Positions 30,359 through 39,938 are shown, counted from the stretch's first letter. The stretch: 64,000 bases of DNA from Brotaphodocola sp. (GCF_050873065.1 NZ_JBNMIC010000005.1:18276-82275), one strand, 5' to 3'. Made by a program: numbers and translations. The notes: a model not told the origin generated them from the sequence alone.

Positions 30359-30615
30359 GGCGAAAAAGATCCTGCAAACCCGTGTGAGGCGTCGGTGTTT
30401 ATATACAGTAATTGTTTTTTGTAGGAATTTTCTGAACTGAAAATTCCGTATGATACGATAGTGGTAGCAGATTTTGCCGATTTAGGATGCGAAGCATCGG
30501 CAAAATCAGGTTACTGTTGCAACAACGTGTAAACAGTAACCGCGCGTATTCTGCGGTCTTATGCACTGTTACGCCGAACCCGGAGCGAGAGCGAGTTTGC
30601 AGGACTTATTTCGCC
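30359..30615 (+). mobile_element. Family B element containing a nested family A element (30424-30540)
   Basis: ggcgaaaaagatcctgcaaac ... gtttgcaggacttatttcgcc terminal inverted repeats; the B core is split by the three A hairpins. Confidence 0.7.
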
Positions 30616-30669
30616 ATGAGGAGCGGAAAAAAGAAACCCAATCCACACACCCTCCCCACAACTTTACAC

Positions 30670-30698
30670 TTGCACGCCTCGGGCAGATATGATATAAT
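30670..30698 (+). promoter_or_regulatory. scfA promoter
   Basis: TTGCAC-17 bp-TATAAT with extended -10 TG. Confidence 0.75.
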
Positions 30699-30742
30699 CT
30701 GATAGAATTGCAATACTTGAACGAATATAGGAGGCGAGAGAT

Positions 30743-30889
30743 ATGAAGCACGTTAAGACTTTAACCAATAAGACCCTGAAGGAGTCCATGAAGAAGGGCG
30801 GCTGCGGCGAGTGCCAGACTTCCTGCCAGTCTGCATGTAAGACTTCCTGCACCGTAGGCAACCAGGCTTGCGAGAACGCAAACAGATAA
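30743..30889 (+). CDS. scfA: Six-cysteine ranthipeptide precursor SCIFF (48 aa; absent from the ORF track)
   Basis: My translation: MKHVKTLTNKTLKESMKKGGCGECQTSCQSACKTSCTVGNQACENANR; RBS AGGAGG. Confidence 0.95.
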   Translation: MKHVKTLTNKTLKESMKKGGCGECQTSCQSACKTSCTVGNQACENANR

Positions 30890-31003
30890 GACAGCCTGAG
30901 TTTTCAGGTGTCACAACGCGATAAGGCGGATGAGAAAGACCCCTATTGATGTATGATGATAGGGGTCTTTTGCGTGCCGTCCAGAATAGTAAGGAGAATA
31001 TAA

Positions 31004-32404
31004 GTGATTCATCAGTATAAAAATAATGGTTACAACATCGTGATGGATATTGCCAGCGGATCGGTTCACGTTGTAGATGATGTAGTCTATGACGCGATTG
31101 CCATGCTTGAGCCGGCAATGGGAGAGCTTGAAGCTGCTGCACCGATTCCGGCAGAAGCTCGCGCCGAGGCAGCACAGAAGCTGGCTGAGGCATACCCGGA
31201 GGCAGATGTTGAGGAGGCTCTGAGTGAGGTTCAGGAGCTGATCGATGCAGAGGAGCTGTACACAAAGGACATTTATCACAACTATGTGACGGATTTCAAG
31301 AAGAGAAAGACCGTAGTAAAAGCGCTGTGCCTGCATATCGCGCATGACTGCAATCTGGCATGCCGTTATTGCTTTGCGGAGGAGGGCGAGTACCACGGCC
31401 GTCGTGCTCTGATGAGCTTTGAGGTCGGCAAGAAGGCTTTGGATTTCCTGATTGCAAATTCCGGAAACCGCAGAAATCTGGAGGTCGATTTCTTCGGCGG
31501 TGAGCCGCTCATGAACTGGGAAGTTGTCAAGCAGCTTGTTGAGTACGGCCGTTCCCAGGAAGAGGCGCACAACAAGAAGTTCCGTTTCACTCTGACGACA
31601 AATGGTGTGCTCTTAAACGATGAGATCATGGAGTTCTGCAACCGCGAGATGGCAAACGTTGTGCTGAGTCTGGATGGACGTAAAGAAGTCAATGACCGCA
31701 TGCGTCCGACGAGAAATGGTCACGGAAGCAGCTATGACATCATTGTCCCGAAGTTCCAGAAGTTCGCAAAGAGCCGTGCAGGAAAAGATTACTATGTGCG
31801 CGGAACTTTCACCCGCAACAATCTTGATTTCAGCGAGGATGTAAAGCATTACGCAGATCTCGGATTCGAGCAGCTCTCCATGGAGCCGGTTGTTGCCGCA
31901 CCGGAGGAGCCGTATTCCATCCGCGAGGAGGATCTCCCGCAGATTCTTGAGGAGTACGATCGCCTGGCAGTGGAGTACTTAAAGCGCAAAAAAGAGGGAA
32001 AAGGATTCAACTTCTTCCACTTTATGATTGACCTGACCCAGGGACCGTGCGTGGCAAAGCGTCTGTCCGGATGTGGATCAGGAACCGAGTATCTCGCAGT
32101 GACTCCGTGGGGCGATTTCTATCCGTGCCACCAGTTTGTGGGCAATGAGAAGTTCCTCATGGGAAATGTGGACACCGGAATCACCCGCGATGATATTCGC
32201 GATGAGTTCAAGCTCTGCAACGTATATGCAAAGGAAAAATGTCGTGACTGCTTCGCACGTTTCTACTGCAGTGGCGGATGCGCAGCAAATTCCTACAATT
32301 TCCACGGAAAAATCACGGACACTTATGACATCGGATGCGAAATGCAGAAGAAGAGAATTGAGTGTGCGATTATGATTAAGGCTGCGCTCGCTGACGAGGA
32401 CTAA
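31004..32404 (+). CDS. scfB: Radical SAM/SPASM thioether-forming SCIFF maturase
   Basis: CNLACRYC, DFFGGEP, SPASM GCGSGTEY...YPCHQF, C..C..RFYCSGGC; adjacent to scfA. Confidence 0.95.
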   Translation: MIHQYKNNGYNIVMDIASGSVHVVDDVVYDAIAMLEPAMGELEAAAPIPAEARAEAAQKLAEAYPEADVEEALSEVQELIDAEELYTKDIYHNYVTDFKKRKTVVKALCLHIAHDCNLACRYCFAEEGEYHGRRALMSFEVGKKALDFLIANSGNRRNLEVDFFGGEPLMNWEVVKQLVEYGRSQEEAHNKKFRFTLTTNGVLLNDEIMEFCNREMANVVLSLDGRKEVNDRMRPTRNGHGSSYDIIVPKFQKFAKSRAGKDYYVRGTFTRNNLDFSEDVKHYADLGFEQLSMEPVVAAPEEPYSIREEDLPQILEEYDRLAVEYLKRKKEGKGFNFFHFMIDLTQGPCVAKRLSGCGSGTEYLAVTPWGDFYPCHQFVGNEKFLMGNVDTGITRDDIRDEFKLCNVYAKEKCRDCFARFYCSGGCAANSYNFHGKITDTYDIGCEMQKKRIECAIMIKAALADED

Positions 32405-32477
32405 TCGTCGCCGGCAGGCACAGCCGCTGCGCGGGGACCGGGGGAATGGGAGTCTTCGGCAGCGGAAAGGAGACAAC

Positions 32478-34640
32478 ATGAAGAGCAGCAAGACAAAGGG
32501 CCTGATCGGCCTGCTGATTCTGCTGGTGGCAGTCGTTGGTTTCGGATTTCTGGGGTATAAGACCGTCGGAGATGTGAAGCTTGGACTTGACCTTGCCGGT
32601 GGTGTCAGCATCACGTATCAGGCGGTTGAGGACAATCCTTCTTCTGAGGAAATGTCTGATACCATCTACAAACTTCAGCAGAGAGTACAGAATTACAGCA
32701 CGGAAGCTGAGGTGTACCAGGAAGGCAGCAACCGAATCAACATCGATATTCCGGGTGTGAGCGATGCAAATGCCATTCTGGAAGAACTCGGAAAGCCGGG
32801 TTCCCTGACATTTACCGATGAGAGCGGAAATGTGCTCTTAACCGGAGATCAGGTGGCAACTGCGAAGGCGGGAATCATCGATCAGAAGAACGGTCAGAAG
32901 AGTTATGTCGTGAGCCTGACATTTACGGACGAGGGAACAAAGACGTTCGCAGATGCAACGACGGCAAATGTCGGAAAGAGAATTGCGATTATCTATGACG
33001 GACAGGTTTACTCCGCTCCGGTTGTCCGCGAGGCAATCACCGGAGGACAATGCCAGATTGACGGTATGGCTTCCTATGAGGAGGCAGAGAATCTGGCATC
33101 CACAATCCGAATCGGTTCCCTTTCCCTCGAACTTGAGGAACTGCGTTCCAACGTGGTAGGCGCAAAGCTGGGACAGGAGGCAATCTCAACAAGCCTGAAA
33201 GCAGGCGCAGTCGGATTTGCAATCCTTGTCGTATTCATGCTTGCCGTTTACCTGCTTCCGGGTCTGGCAGCTGTGATTGCCCTGACCCTGTATGTGGGAC
33301 TCGTTGTTCTGCTTCTGGCAGCATTTGAGGTGACTCTGACTCTGCCGGGAATCGCAGGAATCATCCTGTCAGTCGGTATGGCAGTCGATGCAAACGTCAT
33401 CATCTTCACGCGTATCAAAGAGGAGATTGGTCTGGGCCACTCAGTTCAGCAGGCAATCAAGGCCGGATTTGCAAAGGCGCTCTCTGCGATCGTTGACGGA
33501 AACGTGACAACTCTGATTGCAGCCGTTGTGCTGTATTTCCGTGGATCCGGTACGGTAAAGGGATTTGCAACGACACTGGCAATCGGTATCGTTCTCTCGA
33601 TGTTCACAGCACTTGTTGTGACGAGAGGCGCTCTCTATGCGTTCTATGCACTTGGACTTCAGAGTCCGAAACTCTATGGAAGCAAGACGACAAAGAAGAT
33701 TTACAACGTGCTCAAGATCCGCAAGGCGGTGTTCGCACTCTCTGTACTGATTCTTGTCGCAGGTGGAGTCGGAATGGGAATCAACAATTCCCAGACGGGC
33801 CATCTCTTCCATTATAGTATGGACTTTACCGGCGGTACTTCCACGAGCGTAACCTTCAATGAGGAGATGTCTCTGGAGGATATTTCCACAAAGGTAGTTC
33901 CGGTTGTCGAGAAAGTGACCGGAGATGCCGATGTGCAGACGCAGAAGGTTGCAGGAACAAATGAAGTCATCATCAAGACGAAGACGCTGAACGTCGATCA
34001 GAGACAGGCACTCGAGGAAGAGCTTGTAAATGAGTTTGGCGTGGATGGAAGCAAGATCACGGCAGAGAGCATTTCCGGTGCAGTCAGCACGGAGATGAAG
34101 CGTGATGCGGCAGTTGCACTCGCAATTGCAGGTGTTCTGATGCTTCTCTACATCTGGGCACGTTTCCGCGACATCCGTCTTGCAGCAAGCTCTGTCATTG
34201 CGCTGATGCACGATGTGCTTGTCGTTGTTTCCTGCTATGCACTGTTTAAGTGGTCTGTTGGATCTACGTTTATCGCGTGTGTCCTGACGATTGTGGGATA
34301 CTCGATCAATGCGACGATCGTAATCTTTGACCGTATCCGTGAAAATCTGGCAATCCAGGGCAAGAGAACGCTCGAGGAGGTTGTCAACACGAGTATCACT
34401 GAGACGCTGACCCGAAGCATTAACACTTCTCTGACAACATTCGTGATGGTTCTGGCTCTCTACATCATGGGAGTTTCCTCCATCCGTGAGTTCGCACTTC
34501 CGCTGATGGTGGGCGTTGTGTGCGGCACGTATTCTTCCGTATGCCTGTCCGGTTCTCTCTGGTATGAGCTGACAGTCCGGAAGAACAAGAAAGTGGCTGA
34601 GGCGAAGGCAGCAGCAAAGAAAGCAAAGGCGAAGAAATGA
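32478..34640 (+). CDS. secDF: Fused protein translocase subunit SecDF
   Basis: LGLDLAGG, GMAVDANV, DFTGG, GYSINATIVIFDRIRE. Confidence 0.95.
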   Translation: MKSSKTKGLIGLLILLVAVVGFGFLGYKTVGDVKLGLDLAGGVSITYQAVEDNPSSEEMSDTIYKLQQRVQNYSTEAEVYQEGSNRINIDIPGVSDANAILEELGKPGSLTFTDESGNVLLTGDQVATAKAGIIDQKNGQKSYVVSLTFTDEGTKTFADATTANVGKRIAIIYDGQVYSAPVVREAITGGQCQIDGMASYEEAENLASTIRIGSLSLELEELRSNVVGAKLGQEAISTSLKAGAVGFAILVVFMLAVYLLPGLAAVIALTLYVGLVVLLLAAFEVTLTLPGIAGIILSVGMAVDANVIIFTRIKEEIGLGHSVQQAIKAGFAKALSAIVDGNVTTLIAAVVLYFRGSGTVKGFATTLAIGIVLSMFTALVVTRGALYAFYALGLQSPKLYGSKTTKKIYNVLKIRKAVFALSVLILVAGGVGMGINNSQTGHLFHYSMDFTGGTSTSVTFNEEMSLEDISTKVVPVVEKVTGDADVQTQKVAGTNEVIIKTKTLNVDQRQALEEELVNEFGVDGSKITAESISGAVSTEMKRDAAVALAIAGVLMLLYIWARFRDIRLAASSVIALMHDVLVVVSCYALFKWSVGSTFIACVLTIVGYSINATIVIFDRIRENLAIQGKRTLEEVVNTSITETLTRSINTSLTTFVMVLALYIMGVSSIREFALPLMVGVVCGTYSSVCLSGSLWYELTVRKNKKVAEAKAAAKKAKAKK

Positions 34641-35770
34641 AATACAAACTGATTACTACGGATGGCCGCGCAAAGCGTGCCGAAGTTGAGACCGTCCATG
34701 GAACGATTCAGACGCCGGTGTTTATGAATGTAGGTACGGTGGCTGCGATTAAAGGCGCAGTCTCCACCGATGACCTGCGTCAGATCGGCACACAGGTGGA
34801 GCTTTCCAACACCTACCATCTGCATGTGCGGACCGGCGACAAGCTGATCAAGCAGTTTGGCGGACTGCATAAGTTCATGAACTGGGATCGCCCGATTCTC
34901 ACGGATTCCGGCGGATTTCAGGTGTTCTCCCTTGCAGGTCTGAGAAAGATCAAGGAGGAGGGCGTTTACTTCCAGTCCCACATCGATGGTCATAAGATCT
35001 TCATGGGACCGGAGGAGAGCATGCAGATTCAGTCGAATCTGGCTTCCACGATTGCGATGGCATTTGATGAGTGTCCGCCGAGCCATGCGGAGCGCGCTTA
35101 CATTCAGAATTCGGTAGACCGGACGACGAGATGGCTTGAGCGCTGCAAGAAAGAGATGGCCCGCTTAAACTCCCTGCCGGATACGATCAACAAGGAACAG
35201 CTCCTGTTTGGTATCAACCAGGGCGGAGTTGTCGATGAGATCCGAATTGCCCACGCAAAGACGATCGCAGACATGGATCTTGACGGCTATGCAATCGGAG
35301 GACTGGCAGTCGGAGAGACGCATGAGGAGATGTATCACATCCTTGATGTGACGGTTCCTCACCTTCCGCAGAACAAACCGACTTATCTTATGGGTGTCGG
35401 AACACCTGCAAACATTCTGGAGGCAGTGGACAGAGGCGTGGACTTCTTTGACTGTGTATATCCGTCGAGAAACGGACGTCACAGCCATGTATATACGAAC
35501 CACGGAAAGCTGAACCTGCTGAATCAGAAATATGAGCTGGATCCTCGCCCGATCGAGGAGGGATGCCAGTGTCCGGCATGCCGTTCTTACAGCAGAGCTT
35601 ACATTCGTCATCTGTTCAAGGCGAAAGAAATGCTGGGAATGAGATTATGTGTCTTGCATAATCTGTATTTTTATAATACAATGATGACGGAGATTCGCGA
35701 AGCGATCGAACAGCACCGCTATGCAGCCTATAAAGCAGAAAAGCTGGCAGGAATGGAAGCGGGAGAATAA
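34637..35770 (+). CDS. tgt: tRNA-guanine transglycosylase
   Basis: TPVFMNVGT, DSGGFQVFSL, GLAVGE, zinc site CQCPAC. Confidence 0.97.
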   Translation: MKYKLITTDGRAKRAEVETVHGTIQTPVFMNVGTVAAIKGAVSTDDLRQIGTQVELSNTYHLHVRTGDKLIKQFGGLHKFMNWDRPILTDSGGFQVFSLAGLRKIKEEGVYFQSHIDGHKIFMGPEESMQIQSNLASTIAMAFDECPPSHAERAYIQNSVDRTTRWLERCKKEMARLNSLPDTINKEQLLFGINQGGVVDEIRIAHAKTIADMDLDGYAIGGLAVGETHEEMYHILDVTVPHLPQNKPTYLMGVGTPANILEAVDRGVDFFDCVYPSRNGRHSHVYTNHGKLNLLNQKYELDPRPIEEGCQCPACRSYSRAYIRHLFKAKEMLGMRLCVLHNLYFYNTMMTEIREAIEQHRYAAYKAEKLAGMEAGE

Positions 35771-35785
35771 GGAGGAGTTTGTATC

Positions 35786-36076
35786 ATGTTACAGGCAACA
35801 GGAATGTCTATGCCGCTTCTGGTCGGTTATATTATTTTCTTCTGTGCTCTGATGTACTTTACGGCAATTCGCCCACAGCAGAAGGAGAAGAAGAAACAGG
35901 AAGAGCTTCTTGCTACCGTAGCAGTAGGCGATACCGTTCTGACGAGCAGTGGTTTCTATGGCGTGATCATTGATATGACGGACGATACTGTGATTGTAGA
36001 GTTTGGAAACAACAAGAACTGCCGTATTCCGATGCAGAAAGCAGCGATCGTTCAGATCGAGAAGCCGGAGGCATAA
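35786..36076 (+). CDS. yajC: Preprotein translocase subunit YajC
   Basis: One TM segment, IRPQ, VGDTVLTSSGFYG; follows tgt. Confidence 0.93.
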   Translation: MLQATGMSMPLLVGYIIFFCALMYFTAIRPQQKEKKKQEELLATVAVGDTVLTSSGFYGVIIDMTDDTVIVEFGNNKNCRIPMQKAAIVQIEKPEA

Positions 36077-36157
36077 GAATCGCAGAAAAAAAGTGGCTTG
36101 CATAACCATTTCGGTTACGCGAGTCACTTTTTTTGCTTAAGATGCGCAATGGTTGGT

Positions 36158-37018
36158 TTATTTCTCCCATCTGCCGGAGGCGCCGCACGGAAGGACAAGA
36201 CCGGTTTCTTTTACCGGGAGACCGATCTCCTGGGAATCCACATGACCGCCGTACTTGGATACGACTTCAAGAGAGATCATGTAAGTCAGAACAGCCGGAG
36301 CGAGGCCGGTTGTGTAGGAGTTGATCAGGAAGAACAGCGGGTCATCGGAGAGAAGCTGGGCACACAGCTTGACGAGGGAGTGGATTGCGTCCTCGATTTT
36401 CCAGATTTCTCCCTTCGGTCCGCGTCCGTAGGATGGAGGATCCATGATGATCGCATCGTAATGGTTGCCGCGGCGGATCTCACGCTCTACAAATTTCACG
36501 CAGTCATCGACGAGCCAGCGGATCGGGGCATCGGCGAGACCGGAAGAAACCGCATTCTCCTTCGCCCATGCGACCATACCCTTGGAAGCGTCAACATGGG
36601 TGACGGAAGCTCCGGCCTTTGCGGCAGCGAGAGTTGCACCACCTGTGTATGCAAAAAGATTTAAGACCTTGATCGGGCGGTTTGCCTGACGGATCTTGTC
36701 GCCAAACCAGTCCCAGTTTGCTGCCTGCTCCGGGAAAAGACCGGTGTGCTTGAAGCTGAACGGTTTTAAGTTGAATGTAAGACCGCGGTATCCGATCGTC
36801 CACTGCTCCGGAAGATCGAAGAACTCCCACTCACCGCCGCCCTTTGCACTGCGGTGATAATGGCCATTCATATGACGCCAGCCCTTGTGCTCTCGCGGAG
36901 TGTCCCAGATGACCTGCGGGTCCGGACGAACGAGGAGATAATTTCCCCAGCGCTCCAGTTTTTCGCCTCTGGAGCAGTCGATTACCTGATAATCTTTCCA
37001 GTTATCTGCTAACCACAT
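36158..37018 (-). CDS. Class I SAM-dependent methyltransferase (RlmI/RlmK-like)
   Basis: Start MWLADNW; HTGLFPEQ, VLNLFAYTGG, DASKG, MDPPSYG. Confidence 0.85.
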   Translation of the reverse strand: MWLADNWKDYQVIDCSRGEKLERWGNYLLVRPDPQVIWDTPREHKGWRHMNGHYHRSAKGGGEWEFFDLPEQWTIGYRGLTFNLKPFSFKHTGLFPEQAANWDWFGDKIRQANRPIKVLNLFAYTGGATLAAAKAGASVTHVDASKGMVAWAKENAVSSGLADAPIRWLVDDCVKFVEREIRRGNHYDAIIMDPPSYGRGPKGEIWKIEDAIHSLVKLCAQLLSDDPLFFLINSYTTGLAPAVLTYMISLEVVSKYGGHVDSQEIGLPVKETGLVLPCGASGRWEK

Positions 37019-37336
37019 AGATTGTATCCTGCCTTTCTTCTTTGAGAACCGCGTTCTCTCACGCGGTAAAATCATTCTTTGTTTCCTATTCCTATTTCTT
37101 GTTGTTTTATTACAGGGAAGTGTTTTTGTGAAATAGAAGAATCTGTTCGCTTGCAAATTTTGCGATTGTTATTATAGCATTGATTGGCTGTTTTGGCTAC
37201 ACCACCTTTGCAGAATCTTGCCTGCTGATTGGTTTTGGATAAGAGCAGGGATTCTGACTGGAAAATGACAGTTTTGCATTTACCGAAGAAAGATGGACGT
37301 GTATAATAAGGATAAAATAACGTGAGAGGAAGAAGT

Positions 37337-38713
37337 ATGAGAAAAGAAAAATGTTTGACTGCGGTGATGCTTGCCACAGCATTATCGCTCAGTTTTGGAG
37401 TACCTGCGTGGGCTTCCGGGTGGGCGCAGGAAAATGGTACCTGGGTATATTATGGAACAAACGATGTCCGTGTGACGAATGCGTGGCGTCAGGGCGCAGA
37501 CGGGCAGATGCGCTATCTCGACAGCAATGGACAGATGGCGGTGAGCTCCTGGGTCGATGACGATAACAGTTATGTGGATGAGAATGGAATCAGGATTTCC
37601 GGAAAGTGGCTTCAGGTGGAGAATTCCTCCAAATCATCCGGATACGATTTCTACTATTTTAATAAGAGTGGAAAGTGCGTGAAGGGAGAATGGGAGAAAA
37701 TTGATGGCAAGTGGCATTACTTTGACGATAAGGGCGTGATGCAGACGGGCTGGATCGATGATAACCGTTACTATTCCGATGAGAACGGTGTGATGCTCAC
37801 AGGCTGGCAGCAACTTGATCCGCCGGAAGATGAGAAGGACAGCTATAAGCGCCCGGCACCATGGGAGACGGATGGGGGCAAAAAATGGTACTATTTTGGA
37901 AGCGGCGGAAAAAAAGTTCTCCCGGATGAGACGAAGGACAATATCAGCCAGAAGAAAATCGGCGGTTCCTACTACTGTCTTGATGAGTACGGTGCGATGC
38001 AGACGGGCTGGGTCTGTGTGACAGGATCAGATTCCGACAACATTTCAGATTACCGCTATGTGGATGAGAACGGTAAGGTGAAGACGGGAGGATGGTATTC
38101 TGTAAATCCGCCGGAGGACCTTCAGAATAAGTATGAACATGATGTGGAGTGGTTTTACTTTAACAGCAAGGGAGTGCCGAAGACAGGACCGGAGCGCGGA
38201 AGTGCCAAGAAGAGTGACTTTGCAAAAATCGGGGGCAACACCTATCTGTTTGATGAGAAGGGAGTTCCGGTCTATGGGGTTCAGAAAGTTTACTCCGGAA
38301 GTGACGGAGATTCCTACACTGCCTATTATTTCGGTGACCGCAGCCAGAGCTGTCTCTTAAAAGGAAAGTTTACGCTCGACGAGGGCGGGGATCAGGTGAA
38401 TTATTATTTTGCTCCGGGCGGAGAGGGGTACACCGGAGTGAAGGATAATTCTCTATATTATATGGGAAAACTTCAGAAGGCCGACAGCGGAGACCAGTAC
38501 ACGGTCTTCTCGATTCCGCAGGGAAGCCGCTACAACAATTATGTCGTCAATTCTGCCGGAAAGATTGTAAAAAGCACGACTGTGAAAGATAAGGCGGGAA
38601 CAAAGTATAAGACGAATGGCAGCGGAATTCTTGTGAAGGAAGATGACGAGACAGTCAGCGGAGGTGATTACACCGAGCCGAGAGAACCGGAGTGGAGCGC
38701 GTGGGGCGAGTAG
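37337..38713 (+). CDS. Secreted protein made mostly of cell-wall/choline-binding-like repeats
   Basis: Signal peptide ending AWA; repeated YYF...G.MQTGW units along most of its length. Confidence 0.8.
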   Translation: MRKEKCLTAVMLATALSLSFGVPAWASGWAQENGTWVYYGTNDVRVTNAWRQGADGQMRYLDSNGQMAVSSWVDDDNSYVDENGIRISGKWLQVENSSKSSGYDFYYFNKSGKCVKGEWEKIDGKWHYFDDKGVMQTGWIDDNRYYSDENGVMLTGWQQLDPPEDEKDSYKRPAPWETDGGKKWYYFGSGGKKVLPDETKDNISQKKIGGSYYCLDEYGAMQTGWVCVTGSDSDNISDYRYVDENGKVKTGGWYSVNPPEDLQNKYEHDVEWFYFNSKGVPKTGPERGSAKKSDFAKIGGNTYLFDEKGVPVYGVQKVYSGSDGDSYTAYYFGDRSQSCLLKGKFTLDEGGDQVNYYFAPGGEGYTGVKDNSLYYMGKLQKADSGDQYTVFSIPQGSRYNNYVVNSAGKIVKSTTVKDKAGTKYKTNGSGILVKEDDETVSGGDYTEPREPEWSAWGE

Positions 38714-38740
38714 AGGATTTATGTGATAGGGCGCGCCTCC

Positions 38741-38797
38741 GGCGAAATAAGGTGTGCAAACTCGTTCTCACTCCGGGTTTGCCCATCCTTTTTTGCC
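38741..38797. repeat. Internally deleted family B element (both arms)
   Basis: ggcgaaataaggtgtgcaaactcgttctcactccggg followed by gtttgcccatccttttttgcc. Confidence 0.6.
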
Positions 38798-39017
38798 TAC
38801 GTCGCGCCAGCTATTGTAAAATTACCATAATCTATCAAGTTGTAATATAATCATCTATTAAAATCGCAGAGTAGCACGCCTGACTAACTGGATCACACGA
38901 GAAACTTTATATTGAGTGTGTATTAGTGTGTATAAAAAAATCAAGGGGTAGAGCCGTATTGGTGCTGGTTATGTATTGACTAAAGTGGGGCGTTTCCTTT
39001 GATGTGTAATCGTAGCA

Positions 39018-39156
39018 GGGCGCGAGGTTGAGAAAGACAATGCAAACCCGTGTGAGACGTCGGTGTTTAGACTGCGTATTTTGCAGTCTTATGCACCGTT
39101 ACGTCGAACCCGGAGCGAGAGCGCGTTTGCATGGATTTACTCAGACCGAGCGCCCC
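39018..39156 (+). mobile_element. Family B element without cargo
   Basis: gggcgcg..gagaaagacaatgcaaac / gtttgcatggatttactcag..cgcccc arms; core ccgtgtgagacgtcggtg...cttatgcaccg...cccggagcgagagcg. Confidence 0.7.
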
Positions 39157-39277
39157 TTAATATTTTCTAATATTTCCTAAATCTCTATAAGAGATCTCCC
39201 TCCAAAGTCTATGATTGCAAAAAAACAGCGCTCAAGCGTGTACATATAAAAAAACATAAAAATAATTAAAAAACCGC

Positions 39278-39306
39278 TTGCAATTTGCGAAGAGACATGC
39301 TATTAT
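39278..39306 (+). promoter_or_regulatory. S10 operon promoter
   Basis: TTGCAA-17 bp-TATTAT with A-rich UP element. Confidence 0.75.
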
Positions 39307-39311
39307 AGGGA

Positions 39312-39570
39312 AGCTGTGACATGATAGCAATGAAACGAGAGGTTGCTGCCTAGGGATGAGGCAGGTTTTCCGCGGAGCGAATGTCAAGTTAGGAAACTGA
39401 CGACAAGTCACTGTACAAATTGAACAGCTGTAATTAGATCGAGATTAAGTATCGAGACATAGAGTAATGCAGTAACGCAGTGTGGGTCCAGGGCGACACA
39501 CACGGAGAAGTGTACAGTCACCGCTTGTCGTACTTCGAATGAAAAGTGCGAAAAGGAGGCGACTTTTTTT
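39312..39570 (+). promoter_or_regulatory. Long structured rpsJ leader (candidate S10 r-leader)
   Basis: Long-range helix between cgacaag..actgtaca (39401-39417) and tgtacagt..cttgtcg (39511-39530). Confidence 0.55.
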
Positions 39571-39888
39571 ATGGCAAGTCAAGTAATGAGAATCACGTTA
39601 AAGGCTTACGATCACCAGCTGGTTGATCAGTCTGCCGGAAAAATTATCGAGACCGTAAAGAAAACAGGAGCACAGGTGAGCGGACCGGTGCCGTTACCGA
39701 CCAAGAAAGAGGTTGTAACAATTCTGAGAGCGGTACACAAGTACAAAGATTCCAGAGAGCAGTTCGAGCAGAGAACTCACAAGAGACTGATTGATATCAC
39801 CACCCCGAGCCAGAAGACCGTAGATGCACTGTCTAAGCTGGAAATGCCGGCTGGTGTTTATATCGATATCAAAATGAAGCAGAAATAA
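39571..39888 (+). CDS. rpsJ: 30S ribosomal protein S10
   Basis: [23 protein letters not shown]. Confidence 0.99.
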   Translation: MASQVMRITLKAYDHQLVDQSAGKIIETVKKTGAQVSGPVPLPTKKEVVTILRAVHKYKDSREQFEQRTHKRLIDITTPSQKTVDALSKLEMPAGVYIDIKMKQK

Positions 39889-39938
39889 GACTTTAGTATG
39901 ATTGCCAAAAAGGTAATCCGCTGTAAGGAGGAAATGAA

